Assembly: GCA_965644295.1 (NCBI GenBank)
Contig: CBFFRP010000453.1
Span: 1-21,279 of the forward strand
Direction: 5' to 3'
Source: Paraphysomonas bandaiensis
Lineage: Eukaryota; Protista; Chrysophyceae
Length of the DNA: 21,279 nucleotides
How positions within the stretch are numbered: position 1 is the stretch's first letter; every line of letters starts with the position of its first letter. Under the pieces are notes generated by a model. The model was given only the letters and a program-made list of their open reading frames with translations. It ran no database searches and was not told where the DNA came from. Shown here one piece after another: positions 21,276-21,279 of this stretch. The position numbers and the translations under genes are program-made.

Positions 21276-21279
21276 TAGG

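Noticed and set aside
1-21279. Prokaryotic operon, defence island, tRNA/rRNA or intact transposon; alternative genetic code
   Set aside because: Spliceosomal introns and COG3 show a eukaryote. No RNA-gene, transposase, RT, LTR or TIR signature was seen, and TAA, TAG and TGA all act as stops.

Overview
Eukaryotic (protist-like, possibly stramenopile; taxonomy is inference) nuclear DNA with standard genetic code and short GT-AG introns. I reconstructed phase-consistent exon chains by hand. Five genes are supported. (1) A 9-exon COG3/Sec34 gene on the minus strand (5351..1450, ~853 aa). (2) A divergent 9-exon, ~1423-aa plus-strand kinase (6629..11936) with a long disordered N-terminus carrying a repeated [SG]-[LI]-F...LDDS motif, a PH-like domain, a CAMK-type kinase domain with large inserts and a C-terminal CaaX box. 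The promoter shared by genes 1 and 2 is mostly a ~935-bp (TATG)n array. (3) A small 2-exon orphan gene on the minus strand (13286..12820). (4) An intronless type II P-type ATPase (13806..17234) that resembles apicomplexan ATP4-type Na+ pumps and has Gln at the M5 cation-binding Glu. (5) A minus-strand ORF open to the window edge (>21275..18654) that fuses a coiled coil, an STK31-like DFD kinase with intact catalytic residues, and a RING1 plus Rcat-like E3 module with no visible IBR. Gene 5 is the best candidate for an undescribed system. Family resemblances come from remembered motifs, not from database searches.
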